DNA of 20,000 nt, taken from IMG/VR virus record IMGVR_UViG_3300046009_012017; one strand, written 5' to 3'. A program made the translations under genes and the position numbers. This document shows, piece after piece, positions 1 through 10,018 of the stretch. This stretch comes from an uncultured virus (IMG/VR IMGVR_UViG_3300046009_012017). Its lineage: Duplodnaviria; Heunggongvirae; Uroviricota; Caudoviricetes. The stretch's first letter is position 1, and every line of letters starts with the position of its first letter. Under the pieces are notes generated by a model. That model did no database searches and was not told the DNA's origin. It was given only the letters and a program-made list of their open reading frames with translations.

Positions 1-465
1 AACAACGAGCATACGTTGGATAATTCATTTCTATCACCTAACGGACACTATATCGGGAATTTCGAAAGAGCGCAATGGTACGTGAAAAATAGAATGATGG
101 TAGACGAGGAATATCCACATGGGGTTGCAGCAGTTATTGTTGAAGAAACTTATGGTACAGATAATCCTATAATTGAGGGTATGTATGGGTATACTCACAG
201 AGGTGGAAATATGTTTAGAATTGGAGATAGATTATTCGACGAAAAATACCAGCCACTTAAAGATGACTACCCTGAAGAGGATTGGAATAAATGGGAAGAC
301 AGATTTAAAGAACTTCGTGAGGAGAGTGACGATCTAGATAAAAAATGGATGGACGAGTCTGGGATATCATATGTTATACCATTTAGGTTAAGAGGTAAAA
401 AAATCATAGAAACCATGGAAGAAGCTTTTGAAGCTGCTAAAAATATGTCCAATTATTTAAGTTAA
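1..465 (+). CDS. Hypothetical phage protein, probably 5'-truncated by the window edge
   Basis: The frame is open from base 1 to TAA at 463-465; the TTG start at 16 is only the first start codon inside the window. Confidence 0.75.
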   Translation, partial: NNEHTLDNSFLSPNGHYIGNFERAQWYVKNRMMVDEEYPHGVAAVIVEETYGTDNPIIEGMYGYTHRGGNMFRIGDRLFDEKYQPLKDDYPEEDWNKWEDRFKELREESDDLDKKWMDESGISYVIPFRLRGKKIIETMEEAFEAAKNMSNYLS

Positions 466-493
466 TCAACGGTTTAATCAAATAAAATAAAAA

Positions 494-793
494 ATGGAAA
501 ATTCAAAAATTTCACTTGTTATTAGATCTGGAATCAAAATCATTCAAAACAGCATTGAAGGTGTTACTATAAAAATATTAGACGATGAAATGTCTAGAAG
601 CGAGCCAACAGAATTACTTCCTCTAGGAGCTCTAGGAGTTAACGTAAGGATAGATTGGGAAGAAATGGGATTTAGAGATGTTTTCCTTACAGCTCAATTG
701 TGTGAGGACATGCACAGTTTATATGGAGATAAAATAGCAGAGGAATTTGTATTTCCTATGTTCAGAGAAGAAATGGAGAAAATCAATGGATAA
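494..793 (+). CDS. Hypothetical protein
   Basis: 99-aa ORF with an A-rich upstream region, in a tightly packed + strand gene run. Confidence 0.7.
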   Translation: MENSKISLVIRSGIKIIQNSIEGVTIKILDDEMSRSEPTELLPLGALGVNVRIDWEEMGFRDVFLTAQLCEDMHSLYGDKIAEEFVFPMFREEMEKING

Positions 794-794
794 C

Positions 795-1211
795 ATGGAG
801 CTTTTAAATACACACCCAATCAAGAAATCTGATCTTGGGTTTCACGGAAATTTATTCGGAGGAAAATTGTTGGCTTGGATAGATGCAGCAGCAGCAGGTT
901 ATTGTATGCAGCTTTGTGATAGCCCAAGGATGGTAACGGTTTCTATAGATAAATGTAATTTTGAGAAACCAGCTAGAGAAAGCCAGTTATTAAAAATATA
1001 TGGCGCACCAACAAAAGTTGGCAACTGTTCAGTAACACTCTATATGGAAGCAAGAGCACATAATGTCTATACAGGAAAACAGGCTCTGGTTTTAAAAACA
1101 CATATAACGTTTGTTCACATTGATGAGGAGGGAAATCCTATTCCGATAGGAGAGAAAGGAAAAATCCGGATAAATAGAATGGTTGGATCTCAACCGGACC
1201 CCAACCAATAA
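795..1211 (+). CDS. Acyl-CoA thioesterase, hotdog fold (YciA-like)
   Basis: Motif DLGFHGNLFGGKLLAWIDAAA...VTVSID...F..P...VG.CS...TFVHIDEEGNP is typical of type I hotdog thioesterases. Start is probably ATG 795 (alternative 786), not 747. Confidence 0.9.
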   Translation: MELLNTHPIKKSDLGFHGNLFGGKLLAWIDAAAAGYCMQLCDSPRMVTVSIDKCNFEKPARESQLLKIYGAPTKVGNCSVTLYMEARAHNVYTGKQALVLKTHITFVHIDEEGNPIPIGEKGKIRINRMVGSQPDPNQ

Positions 1212-1216
1212 TACAC

Positions 1217-1630
1217 ATGGAGAAAGTAAAAATATATCTAGACGATATTAGGACGCCACACGACGATAGTTGGGTAGTTTGCAGAGATTATGATGATTTC
1301 GTTGAAAAAGTTCAGGAGATTGGCCTAGATAACATAGAATTAATATCTCTGGATCATGATCTAGGAAAAACAGCTATACGAGAGTATTTTACTAACGTAA
1401 CTACTAATTATATCCTAGACTATGAGAATATCCATGAAAAAACTGGGTACGATTGTGCTAAGTGGTTGGTAGCAAAGAGCATGGAGGAAGATATAAATCT
1501 TCCACTTATTTTAACCCATAGCGCAAATCCTATAGGATCTGCTAATATTATGGGTTACATCAATAACTACCTTAAAAATAAAAGAATGCCTCAGACTTGT
1601 GTAAGGACTAAGATACCTCACAATGCTTGA
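1217..1630 (+). CDS. Cyclic-phosphate-processing receiver (REC-like) domain protein
   Basis: Motifs IYLDDIRTP, ISLDHDLG, TGYDCAKWL and HSANPIG match my recollection of this family, which is associated with RNA-repair loci. Confidence 0.8.
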   Translation: MEKVKIYLDDIRTPHDDSWVVCRDYDDFVEKVQEIGLDNIELISLDHDLGKTAIREYFTNVTTNYILDYENIHEKTGYDCAKWLVAKSMEEDINLPLILTHSANPIGSANIMGYINNYLKNKRMPQTCVRTKIPHNA

Positions 1631-1643
1631 GATATATAGATGA

Positions 1644-1964
1644 ATGGAATTATTAAAGAAAATATCTTCTGCAGTACTATTATCTTTATTGATAGCTCTT
1701 CCACTTTCTTTTTTAGAATCACTAACGATTTATTGTATCATAAATTTATATGAAATCCCATATTTAATAAATTTTGAATACTATCAAATAATGGGAATCA
1801 GCTTTATATACATGATAACAAGAAACAGAATAAGAATAAAAAACGAATCCGAAAATGAAGATCTACTGCCCCAGATATTATCAATGAGTGCAAATAGATT
1901 TTTTAGAATAGTTTTTGTTTGGTCCGTTTCACTAGCAATACATTACTTATTTTTTAATTATTAA
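1644..1964 (+). CDS. Hypothetical membrane protein (about 3 hydrophobic segments)
   Basis: 106-aa ORF with hydrophobic stretches; GATATATA motif at 1631-1638. Confidence 0.7.
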   Translation: MELLKKISSAVLLSLLIALPLSFLESLTIYCIINLYEIPYLINFEYYQIMGISFIYMITRNRIRIKNESENEDLLPQILSMSANRFFRIVFVWSVSLAIHYLFFNY

Positions 1965-1969
1965 CCAAA

Positions 1970-2524
1970 ATGATTAGCTCTATTATAACTATAGTCATAC
2001 CATGTATGAATAACGTTTTAGGTGTGAAGACGACAATAGAAAATCTGTCTACTAAAAGTAAAATAAATGGAACTAGAATTCTAGTTTTAGATTTTGGATC
2101 TAAGGACGGATCATATCAATATGTTGCACAGGCATCTTCTGAGATGATACGCTCACTTAAGATTGAATCTATTAAAGCTGAAGCTGGTCAATCGGTTAAG
2201 GATTTTAAAAATATAATACACACGGAATATGTTCTGGTTGTTTCTCCAGGAACAATATTTAACGATAAAGATTTCGTCCTGAAATCAATAAATGATATAC
2301 TTGGGTATAGCAAATATCCAATAGTGTATTTAAAGCAATCCACACTAATAAATAATATGCTATCTAGATTCATAAACAAAAACAGAAGGATCGGGGCTAT
2401 ATTATCCAAAACCGAAGTAATGGAAGATATAAAGTTCGATCACGAGATATCAGATCTAGATATAAATCTTAAAAATAAATCTGTATCCGGTGGGATAAAA
2501 ATAGGTGGATTTGCTGATATCTAG
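1970..2524 (+). CDS. Glycosyltransferase family 2-like protein (degenerate)
   Basis: N-terminal ITIVIPCMN and ILVLDFGSKDGS resemble GT2 motifs; the DxD motif appears replaced (VVSPG). Confidence 0.6.
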   Translation: MISSIITIVIPCMNNVLGVKTTIENLSTKSKINGTRILVLDFGSKDGSYQYVAQASSEMIRSLKIESIKAEAGQSVKDFKNIIHTEYVLVVSPGTIFNDKDFVLKSINDILGYSKYPIVYLKQSTLINNMLSRFINKNRRIGAILSKTEVMEDIKFDHEISDLDINLKNKSVSGGIKIGGFADI

Positions 2525-2727
2525 GATTGGTATATTTTACTTCTTCCTTTAGATTTTTTTTCGAGAATATCAAACTCTTCCCTTACGCTTCTCCAAAGAA
2601 CCTCTAGGGGTTTGCTTATATTACCTCCGTCTTTTTGAATAGAAGCTATCAGTTTTACCCATAGCTTAAATTCTCTTTCGTCTCTTACATTAATTCCCTC
2701 ATTTTTAGAGGAATCTTTTGTTGACAT
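2521..2727 (-). CDS. Hypothetical protein
   Basis: 68-aa ORF converging on the GT2-like gene. Confidence 0.6.
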   Translation of the reverse strand: MSTKDSSKNEGINVRDEREFKLWVKLIASIQKDGGNISKPLEVLWRSVREEFDILEKKSKGRSKIYQS

Positions 2728-2830
2728 CTTTTTTAATTTTAGTTAAACTTAATAACCTTTGTTTTGCTAAATTAACACATTATTGTTAATAAAAAAAATT
2801 AAAACCGATTTTTTTTGATATTTATTATGA

Positions 2831-3124
2831 TTACTGAGTAGTTTTATCCATAGAATCCTTCGCATTTTTTGCCATCTGAGCATATTCATAAAGCTCATTG
2901 TTAACAAAGTATTCTATCGCTTTATCCATTGCTTTCGGAATATCCTGTCTTTTCATGTATATCTTAGAGTAAATCTCGTTGTCCCATGAGAATTCAATAA
3001 AAGACTCAGATTCTTTTTTATTTTTTATCATCGATATTGCAGTTTCAACGGATCTTTTGTAAACTTTATCTGGGTTATTTATTAACCACTCCTCTAGATA
3101 ATCCGGATCAACTTCATTTCGCAT
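2831..3124 (-). CDS. Hypothetical protein with a C-terminal UVR-like helix motif
   Basis: C-terminus AIEYFVNNELYEYAQMAKN resembles the E-x-Y-E-x-A UVR motif. Start MRNEVD (3124) or 3142. Confidence 0.6.
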   Translation of the reverse strand: MRNEVDPDYLEEWLINNPDKVYKRSVETAISMIKNKKESESFIEFSWDNEIYSKIYMKRQDIPKAMDKAIEYFVNNELYEYAQMAKNAKDSMDKTTQ

Positions 3125-3223
3125 TTTCTTAGTATAAATCATATTAGATCATACCCTATAAAACAATTTTGTTCCGAAACTAAACGTGGTATATTCAATA
3201 AGAATTAATGAAATAATAATATC

Positions 3224-3385
3224 ATGGAAAATTCAATAAATTTACCCTCTTGTATTTCTCATTTAGGAGAAGAGATTAGAATAGAAACATTAGAAGAAGC
3301 TATGAAGTTTGAGATACTAATGGATCTGTTTAAATCAAAAACATATCTAGAGATATCTAATATGATTGACAGCGAAAGTAAATAG
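3224..3385 (+). CDS. Small hypothetical protein (53 aa, absent from the ORF track)
   Basis: ATG 3224 to TAG 3385, MENSINLPSCISHLGEEIRIETLEEAMKFEILMDLFKSKTYLEISNMIDSESK; ends 3 nt before the next start. Confidence 0.6.
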   Translation: MENSINLPSCISHLGEEIRIETLEEAMKFEILMDLFKSKTYLEISNMIDSESK

Positions 3386-3388
3386 TAT

Positions 3389-4051
3389 ATGAAACTTGTA
3401 TTTATATCTGATACACATACTCTACATAATAGATTTAACATACCAGATGGGGATTTTATAATTCATTGTGGTGATGTGTCTAGCAGGGGATATAGAAGTG
3501 AAGTTGAGTCATTTTTAGATTGGTACGGAGATCTTCCACATAAGAACAAAATAATGATTCCTGGTAATCATGATTTTTTCTTTGAGGACTATTACCAGAC
3601 CGCATTAAATATGACTGAGTCCAGAGGGATAAATTTGTTATTAGATAGTGGAGTTGAAATAGAAGGAATAAAATTCTGGGGATCTCCTATAACTCCATAT
3701 TTTCACAATTGGGCATTTAATAGGTACAGAGGTTCTTCCATCCAACCACACTGGGACAAAATACCAGATGATATTGATGTTCTTATAACTCACGGACCTC
3801 CAGCTCATATAGAGAATGGATTATCTATGGTACTCGAGGGAGAGGATGTAGGATGTGAGGATTTATACAAAGCAATCAAAAGAGTAAATCCAAAAATAAA
3901 CGCATTTGGACACATCCACGAGGGATATGGGACATATCAGGACGATGATACTATTTTTATAAACTGTAGTTTGTTAAACAGAAGATATTCTCCAGTAAAT
4001 AAACCAATAGAAGTATTTTATAATGATGGAAGGTTCTCTATCGATCAATAA
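3389..4051 (+). CDS. Calcineurin-like metallophosphoesterase (MPPED/239FB-like)
   Basis: Motifs SDTH, HCGD, PGNHD, THGPP and FGHIHE. Confidence 0.92.
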   Translation: MKLVFISDTHTLHNRFNIPDGDFIIHCGDVSSRGYRSEVESFLDWYGDLPHKNKIMIPGNHDFFFEDYYQTALNMTESRGINLLLDSGVEIEGIKFWGSPITPYFHNWAFNRYRGSSIQPHWDKIPDDIDVLITHGPPAHIENGLSMVLEGEDVGCEDLYKAIKRVNPKINAFGHIHEGYGTYQDDDTIFINCSLLNRRYSPVNKPIEVFYNDGRFSIDQ

Positions 4052-4424
4052 TATACAAAAAACAACCCCGGTATCCGATTCATTCAGAAAAAAATTAGTG
4101 GAACTTGGATATCGGAAGTTTGACGGAAAACCTATAAAAGGTGAAATATGCTATGACGCATATTATAAGGACTTTAATGTTGAAAAAGAATTAAAGTATA
4201 CGATATATTGCTACTGTTACGATCTTAAAGGAATGTTAGATAATCCAGAATTGTTTGAATTTGCGTTTGAAACCCAAATAAATGCGGGTGCTGGTGTAAT
4301 AGGCTTAGAAGCAATACAATGGGATTTTAGAACTGAGGAAAGCTCTGAATTTAATATAAGATTTTTCGAAAATAGAGTAGATGCTGTTTGGAAATCTTTC
4401 GGATCTATTAAATTCCCGTCCTAG
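4023..4424 (+). CDS. Hypothetical protein
   Basis: 133-aa ORF overlapping the end of the upstream gene; exact start uncertain. Confidence 0.65.
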   Translation: MMEGSLSINNIQKTTPVSDSFRKKLVELGYRKFDGKPIKGEICYDAYYKDFNVEKELKYTIYCYCYDLKGMLDNPELFEFAFETQINAGAGVIGLEAIQWDFRTEESSEFNIRFFENRVDAVWKSFGSIKFPS

Positions 4425-5179
4425 AAATCCATAAGTCTTTTTATAAATCTAAACTTATTACTTAGAGATTCTTTTAGTCTCGTTATTGATATTTCAAATT
4501 CTTTACCGAATTCTTTTGGTGCATCCTTATAAGAAGCCTGAGATTCGTCATTAGAATCCTGTGTATATTGCCAATAGAATGATAAGTCATCAGGAACATT
4601 GAATCCATAAAACTCATAAACTTGTTTTTGTGTTTCTAAAACCTGTTCACCGTTCCAGTTTTGACCAAGTATAACGCAACCAGCATCTATATTAGCTACT
4701 ATATTTTCTTCACCTAGAGTTGTGTGCATATTTTCTATCCAGTTTAATCTTTCTATAAGTTTCTGGTAAAATGCGTTGGCTTGACCCCATCTAACACTTA
4801 TGAAAAATATCACTGCGTCGGATTCAAAAAGCTCTTTTGATACCTTCCATAGCTCATCTTCTTTATTGTTTAATGAAGCCCAGCATCTGTGATATCCTGA
4901 TGGATCCTTCTCCTCATCCTTTAATAAAGCATCTTTTACGCCACAGTTGTTTCCTTCCACCCCAGATACGTTACCCTCACATGGAAATATTTTAAGCTTG
5001 GGTATTTCTAACAAAGAAACCTCAGTTGTTTCTTTTAGAATTTCCATCACTTCCATTGCTAATAGAGTGGATTTGGGAATTTCTTTGCTCCCCTCCCATC
5101 TATTAGAGGTTGTAAGAAGAAGTACTTTCTTTTTACCGGAAAGAGCCTGTATCAATTTTTCAAGTTGTTCATTTGGCAT
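4421..5179 (-). CDS. Flavodoxin-like NAD(P)H-dependent FMN reductase / iron-sulfur flavoprotein-like
   Basis: KVLLLTTSNR...KSTLLA, Cys cluster PCEG...CG...HRCW, and ESDAVIFFISVRWG...QKLIERL. Confidence 0.75.
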   Translation of the reverse strand: MPNEQLEKLIQALSGKKKVLLLTTSNRWEGSKEIPKSTLLAMEVMEILKETTEVSLLEIPKLKIFPCEGNVSGVEGNNCGVKDALLKDEEKDPSGYHRCWASLNNKEDELWKVSKELFESDAVIFFISVRWGQANAFYQKLIERLNWIENMHTTLGEENIVANIDAGCVILGQNWNGEQVLETQKQVYEFYGFNVPDDLSFYWQYTQDSNDESQASYKDAPKEFGKEFEISITRLKESLSNKFRFIKRLMDF

Positions 5180-5247
5180 ATATTATATATCTTAGAAATA
5201 TTTTAGCATTTTAATCTATAATATATAGAGTAAAATAAGAAGACAAG

Positions 5248-8211
5248 TTGATTGGATTAGTAATTACTGGTAGAACATATAATCCAGAAACATACGAGAT
5301 TTCTATAGAATCAGTATTAGCGAAAGTTATAGATACTGGTATTTCGAGTCTAAGATTTTGGACTAGTTATAGCAGAGATCAATTCTCTGCTTCTGTTGAT
5401 TTTTTGTATTGCGCTAAATGGGACGGGACAACATTTTCGTCCTCTGACGTAGTTAGAATACCCGCGTGTTTATTAACATCAATTTCCGGTGCAACTGTTG
5501 ACACTTCTGTTACTGGATTAGTAAACGGATTTCCACAGGTATTTTCTAAAGAAAATCCATTCGGAGATCCATCTTTAGTGGAAAATACAGGTGGAATCAT
5601 ATCGAAAGTAAAATGCCCCGTTATTTATTTTAATGGCGCCAATAGATTGGATTCTTTGCTTGGTGTTTCTGATTTTCTAATTTGCTATCCAACAACTTCT
5701 ATTTCACCTTTAACTTTTGATGAATCATCTCTAATATATTTAGATGTCTCTAAATCCAATTTCATATCCCCAACATTTGTTCCTCCTACCCCTGGAGGTG
5801 GCGGAACATCAGGAAGTAGTGGTACTAGCGGTACTAGCGGTGTGGGTACTAGTGGTACTGGAGGAACTAGTGGTACTTCGGGGACCAGTGGGATAGGAAT
5901 ATCTGGTAGCTCTGGAACATCTGGAACATCTGGAACTTCATTCTTTGGTGTTACTAGTGGATCTAGTGGGACTTCCGGATCTGGATCTAGTGGGACTTCA
6001 GGAACAAGCGGATCTTCAGGAACAAGAGGAACATCAGGATCGTCCGGATCTAGCGGAACAAGTGGATCTTCAGGATCTTCAGGAACTAGTGGTTCTAGCG
6101 GTACTTCAGGATCTGGGTCTAGTGGAACGAGCGGATCTAGTGGAACCAGTGGTTCTTCTGGTATATCTGGGTCTAGCGGTACTAGTGGTTCTAGTGGATC
6201 TTCAGGAACATCAGGAACTAGTGGATCGTCAGGAACTTCTGGATCTAGTGGATCGTCAGGAACTAGCGGATCGTCGGGAACAAATGGAACATCGGGTAGT
6301 TCAGGAAGTAGCGGATCTTCAGGAACTTCAGGTACAGACGGCACCCCGGGCATAGACGGTAATGATTCTTCAAATAGCGGTAGATGGATTTATGCTGCTA
6401 CTACTACTCCTGGAAGTGGAAATTTTGGAACAGATGATTCTGTAATGAGTTTAATTGAATATGTCTACATAAATACGGATGCTGCAAACGGAGCAGATTA
6501 TTCTACATGGCTTTCCGGAGTAGACAGTATACATGATCTCGGTTACCCTGTCTATTTACAAATCACACAAGTAGGTTCTAACAATATTATCGGTATTTGG
6601 AGAGTTATATCCATTACTTCAGGTAGTACTTACGAGTTTCAAGTTGATACGCCACTTGTGGCGAATGGTACCATATCAGATATATGTACAATATCATGGG
6701 TATACAATGGGATAAACGGTACATCCGGATCTAGTGGATCTTCAGGCTCTTCAGGATCTAGTGGAACTTCAGGATCTAGTGGAACAGACGGAACTAGTGG
6801 AACATCAGGATCTTCAGGAACAGACGGAACTAGTGGAACAGACGGAACTAGTGGATCCTCAGGAACAGACGGAACATCAGGATCTAGTGGAACAGACGGA
6901 ACTAGTGGATCTTCAGGAACAGACGGAACATCAGGATCTAGTGGAACAGACGGAACTAGTGGATCTTCAGGAACAGACGGAACATCAGGATCAAGTGGAA
7001 CAGACGGAACTAGTGGATCCTCAGGAACTAGTGGATCTTCCGGTTCCTCGGGAACAAGTGGATCTAGTGGAACATCTGGAACAACCCCAATAGGAGTTCT
7101 GAATTATCAACAGACTCAAGGAACTCAGGTGACAATTAATGCGGGAGCAACTGGTACAGTAGTTACTGCTCCTGTGATTACTACAACAGGTAAGCCAGTA
7201 CAAATTATAGTAACTGGTGATGCTAACCCCAACTCCGGAGCGGGAGCTTGGTGTAGACTTCAATTGTTCAGGGACTCTACAGCAATTGGAAAATCCGTCC
7301 AGGCTGAATCAAGTGCATCTAACGAGAATATCCCTTACGCTTTAAATCTTATAGATACGCCTTCTACCGGAACATATACATATTCATTAAGAGCGACTTC
7401 AGTAAACGGAAGTAATTTCCAATTTGGCGAATCTGATGGTCCGGTAATAAATGTTATAGAGTTAGCAGGTTCAGGATCTTCAGGAACATCAGGAACATCA
7501 ATAACCATAGCAAATGATGCAGATACTAGATTAGTAACTGCCAATGGAAATGGAACATTGAACGGGGAAGGGAATTTGACATTTAATGGATCTGTTCTTT
7601 CTGTTACAGGTACATTATCTACCACTGGAAATACCACAATAAACGGGGAGCTCACAGTAGGTACTAGCACAGCATCAGGAAATGAAGGTGGGCAAATTGC
7701 TTTAGCACAAGCACCTTCCAGTGGTGGTCTTACGGGAGCTAATGTTAATATTGATGTCTACACAAATAGGCTAAGAATATTTGAAGGCGGAGGGAATGCT
7801 AGAGGTGTGTATATAGATCTTAGCAAAGCACCAGACGGTGTAGGCGGTGAGATAACATGGAAAGCTAGTGGAATAGTAAATTCCGGAATAGATGTTACAT
7901 TAGGAAATCTAAAAGCGAGATTGGCAGGTTCTGGAAATAGAAGTTTACAAGTATCAACTGTATCAGGAACTTATAGTGTTATCGGTAGTGGTGTATACTC
8001 GCAATCCGGTGTAGCAGGATCAACTCTATCATCTCTACTGACTATTACAACAACGCCTTCATATATTAATGCTGGATATAATTTCGGAACAGCAGGATCA
8101 ACAGACACATGGATTCTAATGGATGCGGCAAATACTATTGCTTGGCGTATAACACTGATAGTTGGTTTTTCCTACAATAGTAACCTCATTACTATAGAAA
8201 GATTATTGTAA
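5248..8211 (+). CDS. Large Gly-Ser-Thr collagen-like repeat protein, probable tail fibre/virion structural protein
   Basis: 987 aa with long Gly-X-Y tracts (GTS/GSS/GTD) separating beta-rich globular domains; TTG start. Confidence 0.75.
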   Translation: MIGLVITGRTYNPETYEISIESVLAKVIDTGISSLRFWTSYSRDQFSASVDFLYCAKWDGTTFSSSDVVRIPACLLTSISGATVDTSVTGLVNGFPQVFSKENPFGDPSLVENTGGIISKVKCPVIYFNGANRLDSLLGVSDFLICYPTTSISPLTFDESSLIYLDVSKSNFISPTFVPPTPGGGGTSGSSGTSGTSGVGTSGTGGTSGTSGTSGIGISGSSGTSGTSGTSFFGVTSGSSGTSGSGSSGTSGTSGSSGTRGTSGSSGSSGTSGSSGSSGTSGSSGTSGSGSSGTSGSSGTSGSSGISGSSGTSGSSGSSGTSGTSGSSGTSGSSGSSGTSGSSGTNGTSGSSGSSGSSGTSGTDGTPGIDGNDSSNSGRWIYAATTTPGSGNFGTDDSVMSLIEYVYINTDAANGADYSTWLSGVDSIHDLGYPVYLQITQVGSNNIIGIWRVISITSGSTYEFQVDTPLVANGTISDICTISWVYNGINGTSGSSGSSGSSGSSGTSGSSGTDGTSGTSGSSGTDGTSGTDGTSGSSGTDGTSGSSGTDGTSGSSGTDGTSGSSGTDGTSGSSGTDGTSGSSGTDGTSGSSGTSGSSGSSGTSGSSGTSGTTPIGVLNYQQTQGTQVTINAGATGTVVTAPVITTTGKPVQIIVTGDANPNSGAGAWCRLQLFRDSTAIGKSVQAESSASNENIPYALNLIDTPSTGTYTYSLRATSVNGSNFQFGESDGPVINVIELAGSGSSGTSGTSITIANDADTRLVTANGNGTLNGEGNLTFNGSVLSVTGTLSTTGNTTINGELTVGTSTASGNEGGQIALAQAPSSGGLTGANVNIDVYTNRLRIFEGGGNARGVYIDLSKAPDGVGGEITWKASGIVNSGIDVTLGNLKARLAGSGNRSLQVSTVSGTYSVIGSGVYSQSGVAGSTLSSLLTITTTPSYINAGYNFGTAGSTDTWILMDAANTIAWRITLIVGFSYNSNLITIERLL
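5803..6360 (+). repeat. Coding Gly-X-Y (GTS/GSS) tandem repeat, block 1
   Basis: 9-nt periodicity with varied synonymous codons. Confidence 0.9.
6718..7080 (+). repeat. Coding Gly-X-Y repeat, block 2, with a 27-nt GTDGTSGSS unit
   Basis: Near-identical copies of ggaacagacggaac(tagt/atca)ggatc(ttca/tagt). Confidence 0.9.
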
Positions 8212-8242
8212 AAATAATCTAAAATTTGAAGATATATAAGCC

Positions 8243-8497
8243 ATGAATCATATCCAATTGTTCGAGAATTTTAACCAAGGCGGAAGAAAGGAATTTACTG
8301 ATGATGAAATTAATTATTATCAGAAATTATGGGACTGGCTTCCAGAAAAATACAGATATAATAGATTCTTTTCTAGTCTATGGGACCAGGCTAAAATGAA
8401 AAGGTCCCTCTCACAAAAACAATGGACCCAGTTAGAATTTCTTCTTAAGAATGGGAAATCTCAATACGAAGCCGGTATACTCCCTTCTAACTATTGA
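8243..8497 (+). CDS. Hypothetical protein with CTS-like N-terminus (MNHIQLFENF)
   Basis: 84-aa ORF; GATATATA at 8231-8238. Confidence 0.75.
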   Translation: MNHIQLFENFNQGGRKEFTDDEINYYQKLWDWLPEKYRYNRFFSSLWDQAKMKRSLSQKQWTQLEFLLKNGKSQYEAGILPSNY

Positions 8498-8541
8498 AAC
8501 AAAATATATTTTTCTAGATATTATTATTAATTTTACATAAT

Positions 8542-9147
8542 ATGTCTAACAATAAAAGAAGATGGGGAAAATCCAATAGATTTTCAGAGTCACACAGGGA
8601 TTGCTTACCACACAACTTCTGTTTATTTGATGTTGATGCAATATTGTTAGACGAAGAAAGAAATCCCAAATTTATATACGAAGGAAAATACAAGATCTTC
8701 TCCAAGGATAAAGGTGATTTTATAGAGACATTTTACAACCCAAAAAATACACAGGCTTTTTTTCTCAGGAATCTATCTCAAAAAATAGGTGTTTACATAC
8801 ACGAAGAGAGAACAAATAGATGGTGGTTCTTAAATGACAGAACACTAGAACAATCTGAAGATCCAAAATTGGATAAGGTTAAAACAGAGAATAAAATATA
8901 CATAGAAGACATTCTAAATAAATTTGCGCAAAGAATTTCTGGCGTATTTATTAGAACAGAAGGAGAAAAGCCTTCCGAAATGGAACAATATGGTGACTTT
9001 ATAGCACAAATAATTGATGTTCCTAAGGTATTAGTTAATGATGTGTTCGAAAGTGATTATATACACTTTAAAACAGGAGATAAGATGCTTAAGATAGAAG
9101 ATCAATCCGACTGGAAATCTTTGTGGGAAGATATGGATCTATTATAA
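8542..9147 (+). CDS. Possible PD-(D/E)xK nuclease-fold protein
   Basis: FDVDAILL...FIYEGKYK has D-x(n)-E-x-K spacing. The ORF is solid; the function is tentative. Confidence 0.5.
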   Translation: MSNNKRRWGKSNRFSESHRDCLPHNFCLFDVDAILLDEERNPKFIYEGKYKIFSKDKGDFIETFYNPKNTQAFFLRNLSQKIGVYIHEERTNRWWFLNDRTLEQSEDPKLDKVKTENKIYIEDILNKFAQRISGVFIRTEGEKPSEMEQYGDFIAQIIDVPKVLVNDVFESDYIHFKTGDKMLKIEDQSDWKSLWEDMDLL

Positions 9148-9205
9148 GTATAAAATTAGAAACTCTACCTCCTTCTTTGGCTATAAAAGTAAATAATCTA
9201 ACAAA

Positions 9206-9571
9206 ATGGCTACTAAAAGTAGAGTAAGAAAGAAAAACGGAAACCCCGTAAAATATAAACCGAAGCCAAAGGGTTTATCTAAAACAAAAATGAAAAAGCT
9301 TCTTCAGATGATCGAGGATCAGCAAAAAAATTCTGCAGAAAACCAGGCAGGAACCACAGAGATAAGAGAAGGAGGAGGGGAGCTATTAATATCTCCGGAT
9401 TTCATAAAAAAATTAAATGTTAGCTCATCAGTATTAATCGATAATGGCCCTGAACTAGCAGAAGACTCTAAACACAACATAACTGGTGACACTGATGAGA
9501 TACCCGAAGTATCTGAAACACCAGAACAAAATAACGAAGAAGAGGAAGGCCCAATCTCTTCAGAAATTTAA
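9206..9571 (+). CDS. Hypothetical protein, basic N-terminus and acidic C-terminus
   Basis: 121-aa ORF followed by a hairpin. Confidence 0.7.
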   Translation: MATKSRVRKKNGNPVKYKPKPKGLSKTKMKKLLQMIEDQQKNSAENQAGTTEIREGGGELLISPDFIKKLNVSSSVLIDNGPELAEDSKHNITGDTDEIPEVSETPEQNNEEEEGPISSEI

Positions 9572-9577
9572 AAAAAC

Positions 9578-9605
9578 ATAATCCCTCCGAAAGGGAGGAT
9601 TATTT
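9578..9605 (+). terminator. Hairpin, possible intrinsic terminator
   Basis: ATAATCCCTCC-GAAA-GGGAGGATTAT imperfect stem with only a weak T tail. Confidence 0.55.
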
Positions 9606-9646
9606 GTGGGCATATGGTTATATACCATGTAAATAATGTTATTCAC

Positions 9647-9967
9647 ATGAAAATTATTAACGATGATCAATTGAAAGAAACAATTGAAAGCGGGGAAAGA
9701 ACTTTAGTACTTTTTTCTGCAGAATGGTGCGGTCCTTGTAAGATAATAAAGCCAGCACTTGAAAAATTAGAGGGAGAGATTTCTGAAGAATTAAAAATAG
9801 TAAAAGCAGACATCGGAGAGGCAGAGAAATCAACTAAGAATTTTAACATTAGAAATATACCAACTTGTGTTATTATAGAAGGCGAAAATGAGATAGCTAG
9901 ATTCTCCGGCGTAAAAAATTTAGATCAGATCAAGGATTTTTTGAAAGAACATCAGATTTTAAATTGA
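9647..9967 (+). CDS. trxA: Thioredoxin
   Basis: FSAEWCGPCK active site and IRNIPT cis-Pro motif; probable start MKII at 9647. Confidence 0.93.
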   Translation: MKIINDDQLKETIESGERTLVLFSAEWCGPCKIIKPALEKLEGEISEELKIVKADIGEAEKSTKNFNIRNIPTCVIIEGENEIARFSGVKNLDQIKDFLKEHQILN

Positions 9968-9976
9968 AACTTTTTC

Positions 9977-9984
9977 TATATTTG
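9977..9984 (+). promoter_or_regulatory. Bacteroidota-type -7 promoter element (TAnnTTTG)
   Basis: TATATTTG upstream of the RNA array; no clear -33 TTTG at canonical spacing. Confidence 0.5.
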
Positions 9985-10000
9985 CGATATTATTAAAATA

Positions 10001-10012
10001 CGTTCTTTAACA
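10001..10012 (+). promoter_or_regulatory. boxA-like element
   Basis: CGTTCTTTAACA resembles rrn boxA (TGCTCTTTAACA); it lies 6 nt before RNA unit 1. Confidence 0.6.
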
Positions 10013-10018
10013 TACATA

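Noticed and set aside
5685..7670. Antisense and alternate-frame ORFs (5685-6353, 5945-6355, 6734-7093, 7021-7263, 7335-7670)
   Set aside because: Shadows of the low-complexity Gly-Ser-Thr gene.
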